Shown one piece after another: positions 63,836 to 64,000 of a stretch of 64,000 nt of DNA. The notes below the pieces were generated by a model. It had not been told where the DNA came from. It did not search any database and was given only the letters and a program-made list of their open reading frames with translations. A program made the position numbers and the translations under genes. The stretch is taken from NCBI GenBank assembly GCA_965237955.1, contig OZ250169.1:5216001-5280000 (forward strand), written 5' to 3'. The first letter of the stretch is position 1. Each line of letters begins with the position of its first letter. Source of the stretch: Candidatus Marinacidobacterales bacterium (GTDB taxonomy: Bacteria > Acidobacteriota > Vicinamibacteria > Marinacidobacterales > SMYC01).

Positions 63836-64000
63836 TCAAAGACCCCTATCGGAGATGAAGCGGATGAGGTCCTTGACCCGGCAGGAGAAACCCCACTCGT
63901 TGTCGTACCAGGAAAGGACTTTCACGGTGTTTCCGCCGACGACTTTCGTGAACGGCGCGTCGACGATGGACGAGTGCGAGTTGCCTTTGAAATCGGCGGA
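63836..64000 (-). CDS. gap: Glyceraldehyde-3-phosphate dehydrogenase, 3' end (partial)
   Basis: Minus strand [45 protein letters not shown]. Confidence 0.93.
   Translation of the reverse strand, partial: SADFKGNSHSSIVDAPFTKVVGGNTVKVLSWYDNEWGFSCRVKDLIRFISDRGL

Overview
GC-rich bacterial chromosome segment, probably Acidobacteriota/Vicinamibacteria-like (inferred from the PD40 Ser/Thr kinases, DUF4388 proteins and VPS10 hydrolase). Intact blocks: pbpC; ahcY, DUF368, prlC and an RlmI-like methyltransferase; ABC exporters, efp-epmA and a VPS10 protein; tRNA-Leu, secG, tpiA and pgk; a riboswitch-controlled B12 uptake/salvage operon; a hybrid histidine kinase and the gap 3' end. These alternate with heavily decayed accessory blocks. 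Main features missing from the ORF track: (1) a selenoprotein at the left edge (in-frame UGA in WASWUAGC plus a SECIS-like hairpin) with Trx-TPR-DsbD-N architecture; (2) a decaying integron (intI remnant, related attC sites) invaded by IS630, IS21 and an IS110/IS1111 element, which sits inside an attC and whose non-coding end carries readable bridge/seekRNA guides matching both the attC target and its own donor junction; (3) a ~0.9 kb inversion that swapped the C-termini of two convergent genes; (4) a DUF222-like/HNH gene bracketed by 23-bp inverted repeats; (5) a deletion fusing cobT to a cobC-like tail. All calls were made by eye from motifs; no database search was run.
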